NCBI GenBank assembly: GCA_043819795.1
Contig: JBDREN010000102.1
Location: 1-58,812 of the forward strand
Source: Elusimicrobiota bacterium
Lineage (GTDB): Bacteria > Elusimicrobiota > Elusimicrobia > UBA1565
Direction of reading: 5' to 3'
DNA length: 58,812 nt
Under the pieces are notes generated by a model. It did no database searches, was not told the origin of the DNA, and was given only the letters and a program-made list of their open reading frames with translations. The position numbers and the translations under genes were made by a program. This document shows positions 34,914-45,198 of this stretch, one piece after another; the stretch's first letter is position 1; each line of letters opens with the position of its first letter.

Positions 34914-34998
34914 TGCCCAGGGCGGGAGTCGAACCCGCACGTCCCAGAGGGACGCAGCATTTTGAGTGCTGTGCGTCTGCCAGTTCCGCCACCTGGGC
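34914..34998 (-). tRNA. tRNA-Leu(CAA)
   Basis: GCCCAGG/CCTGGGC acceptor, TGGCGGAACTGGCAGACGC D-arm, CAGCA-CTCAAAA-TGCTG, variable arm, GGTTCGACTCC; CCA not encoded. Confidence 0.93.
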
Positions 34999-35029
34999 TT
35001 TCGGTACTGCGGCGTATATCGTAGGAAAT

Positions 35030-35245
35030 TTACCAGGCATCTGCCTTTCGGGCGGGACCTGCGAGCGAATCCCGAACGCAGCGTCCTGCCGCTCCCGCGT
35101 CCCGTGCTGGTAGACCATGGCGTCGTGGACGGTCGACCAGCCGCCCGCGTCCATGAGCGCGCGCAGATCGCGGACCTCCTGAATGAAGTGGGTCGCCCAG
35201 GTGTGCCGGAGGTCGTGCCAGCGGACCCGACCGAGACACAGCTTC
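35030..35245 (-). pseudogene. Tyrosine recombinase/integrase C-terminal fragment
   Basis: VRWHDLRHTWATH...LRALMDAGGWS....MVYQH has the HxxR, GW and catalytic Y motifs. The N-terminal domains are absent. Confidence 0.8.
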
Positions 35246-35363
35246 ACGACCGGCTCTTGGCGGGAATGATACAAAATGGGGGCGCGCGCCGAGAACAGCC
35301 TTAGCCGGGTGGCCTTCGGGCGCCGTGGCGGGTAGCGCGGGGACGATGCGTGGGGGACGGGCG

Positions 35364-35648
35364 TTACGCCTGAACGGTCCCTTCGCCGTCGCAGGCGGAG
35401 CAGCGCATGTAGTTCTTCATGCCCGTTCCGCCGCATGGCTCGCAGGAATGGGCTCCGCCGACGCCTATGCCCGACGACGGGCGGTTCATCCTTCGAGCCG
35501 GATTCCCCGCGGGCCGAGGCGCCCCGTTGCTCCCGAACAGTGACGTCGCCTGGCAGGCGCTGCACATCTCGGGGCGTACCGGCGCGACCTCACGGACCCG
35601 CTTGCGGCACTTCGAGCACACAAAATCGAACAGGCGCTTGGTGGTCAT
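35364..35648 (-). CDS. Small zinc-finger protein (CxxC zinc ribbon plus DnaJ-type CxxCxGxG pair)
   Basis: CSKC..CSAC and CEPCGGTG..CSACDGEG; TTGAAT-N17-TATATA and GGGAG upstream. Confidence 0.75.
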   Translation of the reverse strand: MTTKRLFDFVCSKCRKRVREVAPVRPEMCSACQATSLFGSNGAPRPAGNPARRMNRPSSGIGVGGAHSCEPCGGTGMKNYMRCSACDGEGTVQA

Positions 35649-35761
35649 CTACTCCCTATATAGCCCCTGTTCGGCGGATATTCAATAACCTAACGGTAAA
35701 TTAAATGTAAATAAATCATAAAGAAGACGGAGACCGCGGCGAAGGCAAGGTCCCGAGTATC

Positions 35762-36634
35762 TCAGGCGAAGGCGAGGCAGAGCAAGCCCGCGAGGACGAA
35801 CAGGCTCAGCAGGAGCCTTCTGGGTCCGTACGGCTCTTTGTAGACGAGCCATCCAAAAAGCACCCCGATGATCAACCCGCCCCTTTTGACCGAAGTGACG
35901 TAGGTGGCTTGCGCCAGGTCGAAGGCGGTGAATTGGCAGACGACCAGCAGGATGACGAGCAGGCTCAGGACCATGATCCTCCAGAACCCGCCCAACGTCG
36001 CGAAACGCCTGAAGCCATCGCGGCATTCCCGGGGGGAGACCGCGAACAGGGTTATGGAGAGGGCGACCCCGACCGCGGCGGGATGAAACAGGGCCGAGGA
36101 CGCCTCCACCGCCGCCTTGTCGAAGTTCGCCGTGAGCGACCATAGTGCGCTCGTGATGAGCGCCCACCGGCTGCCCGGGTTGCCCCACAGGTTCCGGAAG
36201 GGCGAGAGCGGGCCGGTCCGGTCGACGCCCAACGCGTAGCACCCGGCCGTGCTGAGGAAGATTCCGAGCAGGCCCAGACGGCCGGGGAATTCGCCCGTGA
36301 TGAGCTCCGTGCTCAGCAGCATCCAGACAGGGGTCAGGGCCAGCAGGGGATACACCATGGAGAGCTGTCCGTAGGAGAGGGCGCGGAAGTAGCACGCGAT
36401 CGCCGCGGTGTTTCCTACGACCGTCATGGCGAACGGAAAGTAGAACTCGGGCTTGATCTCCGGCAGGCCCTGCAACAACACCAGAAGCCACAGCACGGGA
36501 AGGATGAAAAACGCCGCGCTCCAGGCCAGGAACCCCGGCTTGAATCCATGCGAGCTCAGATGCTTCACCCACGCCCCCTCCAGGGCGTAGCAGGCCCCGC
36601 TCGCGGCGGCAAGGATGAACCAGAGGGGCATCAT
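35762..36634 (-). CDS. EamA/DMT-family transporter
   Basis: About 10 TM segments in two repeats; LSMVYPLLALTP, GE.P, VTSVKR. Confidence 0.88.
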   Translation of the reverse strand: MMPLWFILAAASGACYALEGAWVKHLSSHGFKPGFLAWSAAFFILPVLWLLVLLQGLPEIKPEFYFPFAMTVVGNTAAIACYFRALSYGQLSMVYPLLALTPVWMLLSTELITGEFPGRLGLLGIFLSTAGCYALGVDRTGPLSPFRNLWGNPGSRWALITSALWSLTANFDKAAVEASSALFHPAAVGVALSITLFAVSPRECRDGFRRFATLGGFWRIMVLSLLVILLVVCQFTAFDLAQATYVTSVKRGGLIIGVLFGWLVYKEPYGPRRLLLSLFVLAGLLCLAFA

Positions 36635-36653
36635 GAGCGGCGGGCCGCGGAGG

Positions 36654-37754
36654 TCATGGCTCGCGGTCCCGCATCGAGGCCGGTATGTAGGCGCAGAAAG
36701 GGTCCGACGCCAGGTAGTCCCCCGTCAGGGCGTAAGCGCGCGCGCGCGAGCCTCCGCACGCGGCGGCGAACTCGCAGGCGCCGCATTTCCCCTTCAGCAG
36801 CGCGGGGTCGCGCAGCTCGCGGAAGATCCGGGCGGTGCGGTAGATCTCGGGGAGGGTCCCGCCGCGGAGGTTTCCGGCGGCGATCGGCAGAAAGCCGGAA
36901 GGGCAGACGTTTCCGTTGTGGTCGACGAACACGAATCCTTTACCGGAGTTCACCGCGGGGGGAAGCTTGTCCGGGGGCCGCGGCGTCGCCTTGCCGGCGT
37001 CTTCTTCCGTCGTTTTCCGCTGGAAAAGGAAGCGGTGATAGTGCTGGGCCTCGGTCAGCTTGACGTGGAAGCGGACCTCGCGGCTCAGGCGGTGGAGGCG
37101 CTCGAACGCCTCTTCGAATTGCCGGGCCGAAACGCCCCCCATGTCGCGGCCGCGCCCCGTGGGCACCAGGAAGAATACCTCCCAGAACACGATGTCCAGG
37201 CCGCGGACGAAGGCGGCCATCTCCTCCAGGCGGGCGATGTTCCAAAGGGCGAAGCAGGTGTTGATCTGGACCGGGATTCCGGCCTCGTGCGCGAAGCGGA
37301 CGCCGTCCAGCGTCCTTTGGAAGGCGCCGGGCGTCCGGCGGAACTCGTCGTGCGGGCCGGCCTCGTGGGCGTCCAGGCTGAAGGCGATCTGATCGAGCCC
37401 GGCCGCCTTCATGGACTGGACGCGCTCGCGTGTGAGGTTCTCCGTGGCGGCCGGGATCGTGCCGACGCGCAGGCCGCGGCTCTTGCCGTGGCGGATGAGA
37501 TCCTCCAGGTCCGGCCGGTTGAACGGATCGCCGCCGGAAAGGATGAAGATCGGCGTGCCCATCCGGGCCGTCTCGTCCATCAGGCGCCTGCCCTCTTCGG
37601 TCGTGAGCTCCGCCGGGTCGCGGCCCAGGTCGGCATCCGCCCGGCAGTGCCTGCACGCCAGCGCGCAGGAGCGCGTCGTCTCCCAGATGACCAGGAGCGG
37701 GGCGAGGTCGTAGTCGATGCTCCCGAAGGAGGGCCTTCCGATGCCCGGGCTCAC
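36654..37754 (-). CDS. Radical SAM/SPASM protein (NirJ/AhbD-like, TIGR04053-like)
   Basis: WETTRSCALACRHCRA, SGGDP, SLD, PTGRG, KCGACEF...CGGSRARAY...DPFC. Start is probably GTG 37754 (GGAGG). Confidence 0.88.
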   Translation of the reverse strand: MSPGIGRPSFGSIDYDLAPLLVIWETTRSCALACRHCRADADLGRDPAELTTEEGRRLMDETARMGTPIFILSGGDPFNRPDLEDLIRHGKSRGLRVGTIPAATENLTRERVQSMKAAGLDQIAFSLDAHEAGPHDEFRRTPGAFQRTLDGVRFAHEAGIPVQINTCFALWNIARLEEMAAFVRGLDIVFWEVFFLVPTGRGRDMGGVSARQFEEAFERLHRLSREVRFHVKLTEAQHYHRFLFQRKTTEEDAGKATPRPPDKLPPAVNSGKGFVFVDHNGNVCPSGFLPIAAGNLRGGTLPEIYRTARIFRELRDPALLKGKCGACEFAAACGGSRARAYALTGDYLASDPFCAYIPASMRDREP

Positions 37755-38005
37755 GCGCGCCTCCCTCGGGCCCGGCATCCGGTTCTGATTGGCATGGGCC
37801 CCACATTGTAGACAAACGGGGCACCGCGACGCCATAAGTACGCGTCCCTCCCCCACGGGGAGGGACGCGGGAGTAGGAGGGGGGAAGATGCCGTGTCGCC
37901 CCCCTACATGAGCGGCCCCCCGCGGGGGGGCCGCTGACATCTGGCGCGCCGGCCTTCGGATTGGCTATCCTATCAAGGCGCCGGTCGCGCGCCGGGGGAG
38001 GGACG

Positions 38006-38578
38006 ATGAGCACTCTGCAGGGAATCGATCGTGAGCGGGCCCTGGCCTTGCTCAAGGAGCACGTCAAGAACGCGAACATGATCAAGCACTGCCTCGCCTC
38101 CGAGGCCGTGATGCGGGCTTTGGCGAGACGCTTGGGAGAGGACGAGGAGCGCTGGGGGCTGACCGGGCTTCTTCACGACATCGACATCGAGGCGATCGAC
38201 GCCGATCTCGCCGTCCACGGCATGAAGGCGGTGGAGATCCTTCGGGCCCAGGGCTTGCCGGAGGATATCATCGAAGCGATCAAGATGCACAACGAGAAGG
38301 CCCACGGGCAGAAGCGGACCGAGAGGTTCCACAAGGCTTTGGCGGCCGGGGAGACCATCACCGGCCTCGTCGTCGCGACGACCCTAGTCTATCCGGACAA
38401 GAAGCTCGCCGGCGTCAAGCCCAAGTCCGTGGTGAAGAGGATGAAGGAGAAGGCGTTCGCGGCTTCCGTGAGCCGGGACATCATCCGGGAGTGCGAGGAC
38501 ATCGGGATCCCGCTTCCGGAGTTCGCGGAGCTGGCCGTCACGGCCATGCGCGGCATCTCCGACGAGCTCGGACTTTAG
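38006..38578 (+). CDS. HD-domain (HDIG) protein
   Basis: KHCLASEAVM, GLLHDID, KSV.KRMKEKAFAASV.R. Confidence 0.88.
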   Translation: MSTLQGIDRERALALLKEHVKNANMIKHCLASEAVMRALARRLGEDEERWGLTGLLHDIDIEAIDADLAVHGMKAVEILRAQGLPEDIIEAIKMHNEKAHGQKRTERFHKALAAGETITGLVVATTLVYPDKKLAGVKPKSVVKRMKEKAFAASVSRDIIRECEDIGIPLPEFAELAVTAMRGISDELGL

Positions 38579-38599
38579 GGGGCGGCAGCGGTGGGGGGC

Positions 38600-39472
38600 A
38601 TGGCGGGAAAGACGATACTGCTGACCGGCGCGTCCAGCGGGTTCGGCCTGCACGCGGTGAAGCTCCTTCTGGGCAGGGGCCACAGGGTCATCGCCGGCGT
38701 GCGGGGCGGGGCGGAGCGTCTCAAAAAACTCGCCGAGGGGGACTCCGCGCTCTCGGATGCCCTGGCATCCGGCCGGCTCGCGGGCTTGGACCTGCACATG
38801 GACAAGCCCGAGACCTTCGGCGCGGCCGAGAAGTATATAGACGAGTCCTGCGGTTCCCGGCTCGACGTGCTCGTCAACAACGCGGGTTACGGCTTGATGG
38901 GTCCGGTCGAGCTGCACTCCGAGGAGGAGCTTCGGCACCAGTTCGAAGTGAACTTCTTCGGGCCGGTCTTTCTGACCCAGAGGCTTCTTCCGCGGCTAAA
39001 GAGCGCGAAGGGCACGATCCTGAACGTCTCCAGCATCGTGGGCGTGACGTGCTTCCCCTTCTACGGGTCCTATTCGGCCAGCAAGCACGCCCTCGACAGC
39101 TATACGGAGGGCCTGTACTACGACATGGCGCCTTTCGGCGTGCGGGTGGGGCTCATCGAGCCGGGCGGCTTCAAGACGGACTTCAACAAGGCTTCCTTCT
39201 ACGGGGAGAAGGCGCGGTCCCCGGATTCCGGCTATCACTCGAAGATCGAGAACTTCAAGGCGGCGGCCAGGCGCAGGTCGGAGACCACCGGGGGCGATCC
39301 CGCGGCCGTCGCCCGCCTGATCGTCCGGCTCTGCGAGGCCCGGCGCGTGCCCCTGCGCACGCTGGCGGGGGCGGACGCGAAGTCCGCGGCGCTCCTCAAG
39401 CGACTGCTCCCCGAGTCTCTTCGCGCGCGGCTGATGAGCTTCGTCTTCAACCGCTTCGTGTTCAAATCCTAA
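38600..39472 (+). CDS. Short-chain dehydrogenase/reductase
   Basis: TGASSGFG, NNAGYG, NVSS, YSASK. Confidence 0.92.
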   Translation: MAGKTILLTGASSGFGLHAVKLLLGRGHRVIAGVRGGAERLKKLAEGDSALSDALASGRLAGLDLHMDKPETFGAAEKYIDESCGSRLDVLVNNAGYGLMGPVELHSEEELRHQFEVNFFGPVFLTQRLLPRLKSAKGTILNVSSIVGVTCFPFYGSYSASKHALDSYTEGLYYDMAPFGVRVGLIEPGGFKTDFNKASFYGEKARSPDSGYHSKIENFKAAARRRSETTGGDPAAVARLIVRLCEARRVPLRTLAGADAKSAALLKRLLPESLRARLMSFVFNRFVFKS

Positions 39473-39597
39473 TCGATCAGGGCTTGGCGTATACGGGGAC
39501 CAGAAAGGTCGCCCCGTAGTCCACTCCCGGGGCGTCGCCTTTGACGTCCAGGAGCCAGTAGCGGGGCGGGCGTTCGCTCAGGCGGGCCGCGTACGCC

Positions 39598-40503
39598 CTA
39601 CCGGGCGGTTGAGCGGGAATTCGGCGGCTTCTTGAACTCGACGAGCACGCCCGTCTCCCGGAAGATATCGGCCTTGACCTTCTTGAAGACCGCGTGCTCT
39701 CCCGCTGCGAGGATGTCGAGGTCGGAAGGAAGCCGGCCCATCCTCCGTTTGAGGCGGTAGAGCGCCCGGAGTCTGGGGCCGAGCTGCTTGAGGAACTTCT
39801 CCGGGAGATTCATCGGGAGCTTGTCGAGGATCTCGACGTCGGTCGCCGTCAGGGGGGTCTTTCGTCCGTTCAAAGTGAACTCGGCCGGCCAGGCTCCGAT
39901 CCGGGCCTCTCCTCGGGCGTAGCTTCCAAAGACGCCGTGTACCTCTCCGAGCCACCGCTCGGCCAGCTCGTACGCCCGGGCCACGAAAGCAGCCTTGCCG
40001 CCGTAGCGCCGGACGAGCTCGCGGGCGGGGTCGGCGTCGCGGGGGATGAAGGCGTCGGGACCGGAATTCGGGGCGGAAGCCTTTAACGCCTGGGTCCCGC
40101 GTGCAAGGGCGAGCGGGGCCACGGCGGCCGGGGACTGCCGGGATACGGCCCTCGCCTCGCCGCGGGGCGCCGCGCCAGTCTCGCTTCCTATAGACGAGGC
40201 CGGCAGCGCCAGCGGCGCGCGCCGGGCGTTCGTCTCGACCCGGACCCGCCCGATGGGAGCCAACGTCGGTGCGAGTGAAGGAGCGCGGCTGATCCCGGTC
40301 GCCGAAGGGGTCCGCGTGCCGGGGACGCTGACAGCGCCGGCTCCGGCCGCGCCGGCCACGGCGCCGCCCACCGGGGCCTGCACCCGCACCGGGGCGACGT
40401 TCATGGAGGCGACGGCGCACTGGACGGCGGGACCCACCGCCAGCCGGAACGCCAGGGGCAGGATGACGGCCAGAGCCCGCCTAGGCAGAGGGAAACGGTC
40501 CAT
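39598..40503 (-). CDS. Exported hypothetical protein with a split nucleotidyltransferase-like motif
   Basis: Signal-like N-terminus, Ala/Pro-rich linker, VFGSYARGEA...SDLDIL. Confidence 0.7.
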   Translation of the reverse strand: MDRFPLPRRALAVILPLAFRLAVGPAVQCAVASMNVAPVRVQAPVGGAVAGAAGAGAVSVPGTRTPSATGISRAPSLAPTLAPIGRVRVETNARRAPLALPASSIGSETGAAPRGEARAVSRQSPAAVAPLALARGTQALKASAPNSGPDAFIPRDADPARELVRRYGGKAAFVARAYELAERWLGEVHGVFGSYARGEARIGAWPAEFTLNGRKTPLTATDVEILDKLPMNLPEKFLKQLGPRLRALYRLKRRMGRLPSDLDILAAGEHAVFKKVKADIFRETGVLVEFKKPPNSRSTAR

Positions 40504-40593
40504 TACGACAAGTTTAGGGGGGAAACGGGCCTTCCCCAAGGCCCGTTGGGCTTGCCGGATTTCGGCAGATGGCCTATGCCGAATTAGGACCTT

Positions 40594-43500
40594 TTACTTG
40601 CTCTTCTTGCCTCCGCCCGGGGAGTCCGGCGGCCGGTCGGGCTGGACGCTCAGACCCGTCCACCCCTCCATCAGGCCGGGCGAGCAGCCCTTCTTGAGGT
40701 GCCCCTGGCCGGCCCCGGTCATCGCGACGATCTGTCGGCAGGTGCAGCCCTTGGTCGCGAGCATATCGTAGACCGAGCTCTGGGCGTCGTCCGGGCCCAC
40801 CTCGAAGGCGCCGAAGCCCGCGTTCTGGGCGTACTGGTTGGGGTTGAGCGCGATCCCATCGGCCGTAGATCCTGGACAGGCGTCGGTCTCGCCCTCGAAG
40901 GACTCGTACACCCCGTCCCCGTCGGCGTCGTCCGGCGCGGAGATCGCGAAGTTGCTGAAGTGATAGGTATGGAGGGTCAAAGTGTTCGCCTCCATGTCGA
41001 GCTCGGCGTTCTGGGCTTCCCAGCCCCCCGTCTCCGGGTTGAGCCAGAAGGCGTCCATCTTCTCTTCCTGCCTGGGGTTCTTGAGCAGGGTGTCGTCGTA
41101 GGTGAACACGATCGTCACCGGCTCGCCGAAGGTCGCGCCCTCGGGAGTGATCGCGTAGTCCGCCAGGCCGAAGGCCTCGCCCTTGTTGGTCGAGACCTTG
41201 AAGCTGCCGGTCGTGCTGATCACCGTCACCGTGGCCGGCTCCTCGAAGGAGCCGGGCGGTATGGTGACGACCGCGTCGTCGGTCTCCACGACGCCGCCCT
41301 CCTCGCCGATCACCTCGGCGGCGTCGCCGTCCTCATCGTTCGCCGTGCCGTCGCCGTCCAGGTCGTCGTCGCAGGCGTCGCCGAGACCGTCGCCATCGAG
41401 GTCCGCCTGGTCCGGGTTGGGGTCCATGGGGCAGTTGTCGGCCTCATCGAGGTCCCCGTCCCCGTCGTCATCGGGATCGCATGCGTCGCCCGCGCCGTCG
41501 GCGTCGTTGTCGGCCTGGCCCGCGTTGGCGGCCATCGGACAGTTGTCGGCCGCGTCGTCCACCCCGTCGTCGTCGTCATCGGGATCGCATGCGTCGCCCG
41601 CGCCGTCGGCGTCGTTGTCGGCTTGGCCCGCGTTGGCGGTCATCGGACAATTGTCGGCCGCGTCGTCCACTCCGTCGTCGTCGTCGTCGGGGTCGCATGC
41701 GTCGCCTTGGCCGTCGGCGTCGAGGTCCTCCTGGCCGGGGTTGGCGCTCGACGGACAGTTGTCTGCGTCGGCGCAGAGACCGTCTCCGTCGGCGTCGTCG
41801 GCCGGATCGTTCGGGCAGGCGTCGCAGGCGTCGCCCGCTCCGTCGGCGTCCGCGTCCTCCTGGGACGCGTTCGCGGCCAGCGGGCAGTTGTCTTCGGCGT
41901 CGGGGACCCCGTCCTCATCGGCGTCCGGTGCGGAGGCGGTGAACTCCTCGTAGACCTGGAGGATATCCTCCTCGCTCAGGGCCCCGCGGTAGATCCTGAA
42001 TTCGTCCATGACGCCGTTGAAGTAGCGGTTCGGGATCCCATACTCGTGGTTGGCGTAACTGGCTCCGACCTTGCCGATGAGGTGGTGTCCGGTGAACCAA
42101 TCGTAGAGGACGGCCTGGCCGGAGATGGTCCGGGTGTCCCCGAACTTGGCGCCGTTGACGTAGAAGTCAACCTCCGTGCCGCTGCGCGTCACCGCGATCA
42201 GCTGCCAGCCGTCCGGCAGGTAGGCTTCGACGTCGCTGTAGGTCAGGAAGTTCCCGTCGATGCCGTTGACGTCGAAGGCGACCTGGCCGCCCTCGTAGAG
42301 GCCCATGAGCCAGCCGGAGTCGTCGCCGGAGATCTCGTAGCGGTTGTCGAAGATCGCGCCCGCGTCGTCTCCCGACGGCTTCACCCAGGCCATGACCGTG
42401 AACGCGTGGTCCGTGAAGTCCGTGAACGCGCCCCCCGCGTCCGATATGTAGTTGTCGATCCCGTCGAACACGAGGGCCTTGCCGCCGCCCGCCAGGCCGG
42501 AGTCCACGCAGTCGCTCTCGGAGAAGTAGTTCATCACGGCGTCGTTGCCGAAGCCGGAGTTGTCGGCCGCGGTGCAGTCGTCGAAGGAGTAGCGCGCGAC
42601 CAGGGGAGGGCAGGCCGCGTCCGCGGAGCAGTCCGGGTCCAGGCAGTCGAGCCATCCGTCGCGGTCGTTGTCGAGTCCGTCTGCGCACATCTCGGGCACG
42701 GCGGGAGGCGGTGTGGGCGGCGCGTACTCCTCGTAGATCTCCCGGATGCGGGATTCGGTCATGATCGCCCGGTATATCCTGACCTCGTCCATGTAGCCGC
42801 GGAAGTAGCGGTTCGGTATCTGGTGTTGGTGATCCGCGTAGGCTCCGGCCACCCTGCCGAGGACGCGGTGGTAGGTCCCGAGCTCGTACACGATAGGGGG
42901 GGCCCCGACCGCGACGGGATCGCCCACCTGGACGCCGTCCACGTAGAAGGTCGCGTTCGAGCCGTTCTTCTGAACGGCGAGCAGATGCCACTCTCCCGTG
43001 TGCTGCACGGCGGGCTGGCTGGAAAAGGTCCAGTTGTTGCTGGTGCCGTTGCTGGGGTCGAACACGATGTTTCCTGGGCCGTACTGCGTGCCGGAAACGC
43101 CAAAGAGCCAGCCGGAATCGAACCCCCCGATCTCATAGCGGTTGTCCAGGATGGCCCCCGCGTCGAGAGAGGCCAGGTTGACCCACGCCATGACCGTGAA
43201 CGGCTCCCCCCGGAAGTCGGTGGACTCGCCTCCGATATTGTAGCCGTAGTTGTCGAGTCCGTCGAAATACACGGCCTTTCCGCCGCCCTCCAATCCGGAG
43301 TCCACGCAGTCCTCCGGGGAGAAACCGCTCAGGATGCCGTCGTGTCCGTTGCCGGAGCTGTCGGCCGCGGTGCAGTCGTCGAAGGTGTAGCGCGCCACGA
43401 GGATAGGGCAGGCCGGGTCCTCGAAGCAGTTCGGGTCCAGGCAGTCGGCCCAGCCGTCCCTGTCGTTGTCCAGGCCGTCGTCGCAGACCTCCGGGCCGGG

Positions 43501-45066
43501 CGGAGGAGGAGGCGGCGGCGCGTACTGCTCGTAGTGCTGCTGGAGCTCGGCTTGGCTCAGCGCTCCCCGGTAGATCCGGACCTCGTCCAAGGCCCCGTTG
43601 AAGTAGCGGTTGGGGATGTCATACTGGTGATCGGCGTAGTTCGCTCCCACCGCGCCCAGAAGGCGGTGGCTGGTGAAAGAGTCGTACCGGATCCGCGCGC
43701 TCCCGATCGAGACGGGATCGCCGGCCTGGACGCCGTCCGCGAAGAAAGTCACGAACGGTCCGTCCCGGGTCACGGCGAGCAGGTGCCATTCCTCGGTGTG
43801 ATACGGCAATGCGGGGCTGGTGAAGGTCCAGTTCTCATTGAGGCCGTTGCTGGCGTCGAACACGATGCCGCCCGGGTCGTAGAGCGGGCCCATCATGCCC
43901 ACCATCCAGCCGGAATCGTTCCCGTTGATCTCGTAGCGGTTGTCGAGGATGATGCCGGCGTCCAGGGCCGCGGGCTTCACCCAGGCCGTGAACGTGTACG
44001 GCAGGGTGGTGAAATCGGCGAGGGGGCCTCCCACGTTTGCCACGTAGTTGTTGTATCCGTCGAACATGAGGGCCTTGCCGCCGCCGATCAGCCCGGAATC
44101 GACGCAGTCCTCCTCGGAGAAGTTGCGCGGGTCGCCGTCGTGCCCGTAGCCGGAGCTGTCGGCCGCGCCGCAGTCGTCGAAGGTATAGTGGGCGAGCAAA
44201 GCGGGGCAGGCGGCGTCCGCGAAGCAGTCCGGATCGAAGCAGTCGAAGCGGCCGTCCAAGTCGTTGTCGAGACCGTCCGCGCAGAGCTCCGGGATCGGCG
44301 GCGGCTGGGTCGCGGGCTTGTACGCCTCGTAATGCTGGAGGATCTCGCTCTCGGTCAGCGCCGTGTCGTGGACGCGCACCTCGTCGATCGCCCCGTAGAA
44401 ATAGCGGTTGGGGATGCCGTACTGGTGGTCGGCGTAGGCGCCGCCCGCCATGCCGATATAGTGGTGCGCGAGCGAGTAGGCGACGGGCAGGTCCGCAATC
44501 ACGGCGGTCTCGCCGATCTTGACCCCGCCCACGTAGAAGTTTACGGCGGGGCCGTCCCGGGTCACCGCGATCAGCTGCCAGCGTTTCGGCTCATAAGCGG
44601 CGGCCTCGCTGAATGTGACCGCGTTGTTGTCCGCGCCGTTGACGTCGAAGACCAAGGTGCCGTCGCTGTAGAGCCCCATCATCCAGCCGGAGTCGCCACC
44701 GGAGATGTTGTATCTGTTGTCGAAGATCACGCCCGCGTCGTCCGCGAAGGGGTACACCCAGGCCATGACGGTGAAGGGCTGGTCCGTGAAATCCGTCGCG
44801 GCCCCGCCCGCGCCGTTGAGAAGGTCGTCTATCCCATCGAAGGAAAGGGCACTGCCGCCGCCGCCCACGGGCGAATCGATCCACCGCGCGCCCAAGACCG
44901 CGGCGTCGTTGCCGCTGCCCGAGGAATCGGCCGCGATGTTGCCGCTGCCTTCATCGAAGCTCCAGGCGCCCACCAAGGCGGCCCGCGATTCGGAAGCGCA
45001 CACCAAGAGCGCGGCCGAGACGAGCGCCCCCGCACAGAAAAGAGACAGATTCTTTTGTTTCATCAT
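40594..45066 (-). CDS. 1490 aa secreted adhesin-like protein: 4 LamG domains, Cys/Asp linkers, thrombospondin type 3 repeats, ZU5-like domain
   Basis: Signal peptide; four DNRY.I.G.DSGW...IPNRYF.G..DE.R units; DNCP...N..Q.D.D.DG.GDACD repeats. Confidence 0.92.
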   Translation of the reverse strand: MMKQKNLSLFCAGALVSAALLVCASESRAALVGAWSFDEGSGNIAADSSGSGNDAAVLGARWIDSPVGGGGSALSFDGIDDLLNGAGGAATDFTDQPFTVMAWVYPFADDAGVIFDNRYNISGGDSGWMMGLYSDGTLVFDVNGADNNAVTFSEAAAYEPKRWQLIAVTRDGPAVNFYVGGVKIGETAVIADLPVAYSLAHHYIGMAGGAYADHQYGIPNRYFYGAIDEVRVHDTALTESEILQHYEAYKPATQPPPIPELCADGLDNDLDGRFDCFDPDCFADAACPALLAHYTFDDCGAADSSGYGHDGDPRNFSEEDCVDSGLIGGGKALMFDGYNNYVANVGGPLADFTTLPYTFTAWVKPAALDAGIILDNRYEINGNDSGWMVGMMGPLYDPGGIVFDASNGLNENWTFTSPALPYHTEEWHLLAVTRDGPFVTFFADGVQAGDPVSIGSARIRYDSFTSHRLLGAVGANYADHQYDIPNRYFNGALDEVRIYRGALSQAELQQHYEQYAPPPPPPPGPEVCDDGLDNDRDGWADCLDPNCFEDPACPILVARYTFDDCTAADSSGNGHDGILSGFSPEDCVDSGLEGGGKAVYFDGLDNYGYNIGGESTDFRGEPFTVMAWVNLASLDAGAILDNRYEIGGFDSGWLFGVSGTQYGPGNIVFDPSNGTSNNWTFSSQPAVQHTGEWHLLAVQKNGSNATFYVDGVQVGDPVAVGAPPIVYELGTYHRVLGRVAGAYADHQHQIPNRYFRGYMDEVRIYRAIMTESRIREIYEEYAPPTPPPAVPEMCADGLDNDRDGWLDCLDPDCSADAACPPLVARYSFDDCTAADNSGFGNDAVMNYFSESDCVDSGLAGGGKALVFDGIDNYISDAGGAFTDFTDHAFTVMAWVKPSGDDAGAIFDNRYEISGDDSGWLMGLYEGGQVAFDVNGIDGNFLTYSDVEAYLPDGWQLIAVTRSGTEVDFYVNGAKFGDTRTISGQAVLYDWFTGHHLIGKVGASYANHEYGIPNRYFNGVMDEFRIYRGALSEEDILQVYEEFTASAPDADEDGVPDAEDNCPLAANASQEDADADGAGDACDACPNDPADDADGDGLCADADNCPSSANPGQEDLDADGQGDACDPDDDDDGVDDAADNCPMTANAGQADNDADGAGDACDPDDDDDGVDDAADNCPMAANAGQADNDADGAGDACDPDDDGDGDLDEADNCPMDPNPDQADLDGDGLGDACDDDLDGDGTANDEDGDAAEVIGEEGGVVETDDAVVTIPPGSFEEPATVTVISTTGSFKVSTNKGEAFGLADYAITPEGATFGEPVTIVFTYDDTLLKNPRQEEKMDAFWLNPETGGWEAQNAELDMEANTLTLHTYHFSNFAISAPDDADGDGVYESFEGETDACPGSTADGIALNPNQYAQNAGFGAFEVGPDDAQSSVYDMLATKGCTCRQIVAMTGAGQGHLKKGCSPGLMEGWTGLSVQPDRPPDSPGGGKKSK

Positions 45067-45102
45067 GTTCGCACCCTCTTCCTCGGATTATGGCGGACGC
45101 CA

Positions 45103-45198
45103 TAGTATATACCTTGATGCGCTGTCTTTTCAATGACAACTACATGACCGAAGCATAGAATAAAACTATTAAAATAAAAGATAAAATTTCTTTGTCAG
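45103..45198 (-). promoter_or_regulatory. Promoter TTGAAA-N18-TATACT with upstream TGAC...GTCAG site (copy 3)
   Basis: Same layout as 7183-7273 and 9015-9106. Confidence 0.65.

Noticed and set aside
34873..35565. 230 aa ORF as an intact integrase
   Set aside because: Only ~60 aa are integrase-like. The rest overlaps the zinc-finger gene and the tRNA.
36654..37754. RiPP cluster around the radical SAM/SPASM gene
   Set aside because: No adjacent precursor peptide, and the sequence fits the NirJ/AhbD-like heme-related family better.
41330..41930. Regular DNA repeats resembling an array
   Set aside because: They are in-frame thrombospondin type 3 coding repeats.
40699..45105. 1468 aa plus-strand ORF and similar long antisense ORFs (e.g. 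13175-14686, 16081-17442, 56927-58369)
   Set aside because: These are shadow frames of clear opposite-strand genes in high-GC DNA, with no recognisable motifs.
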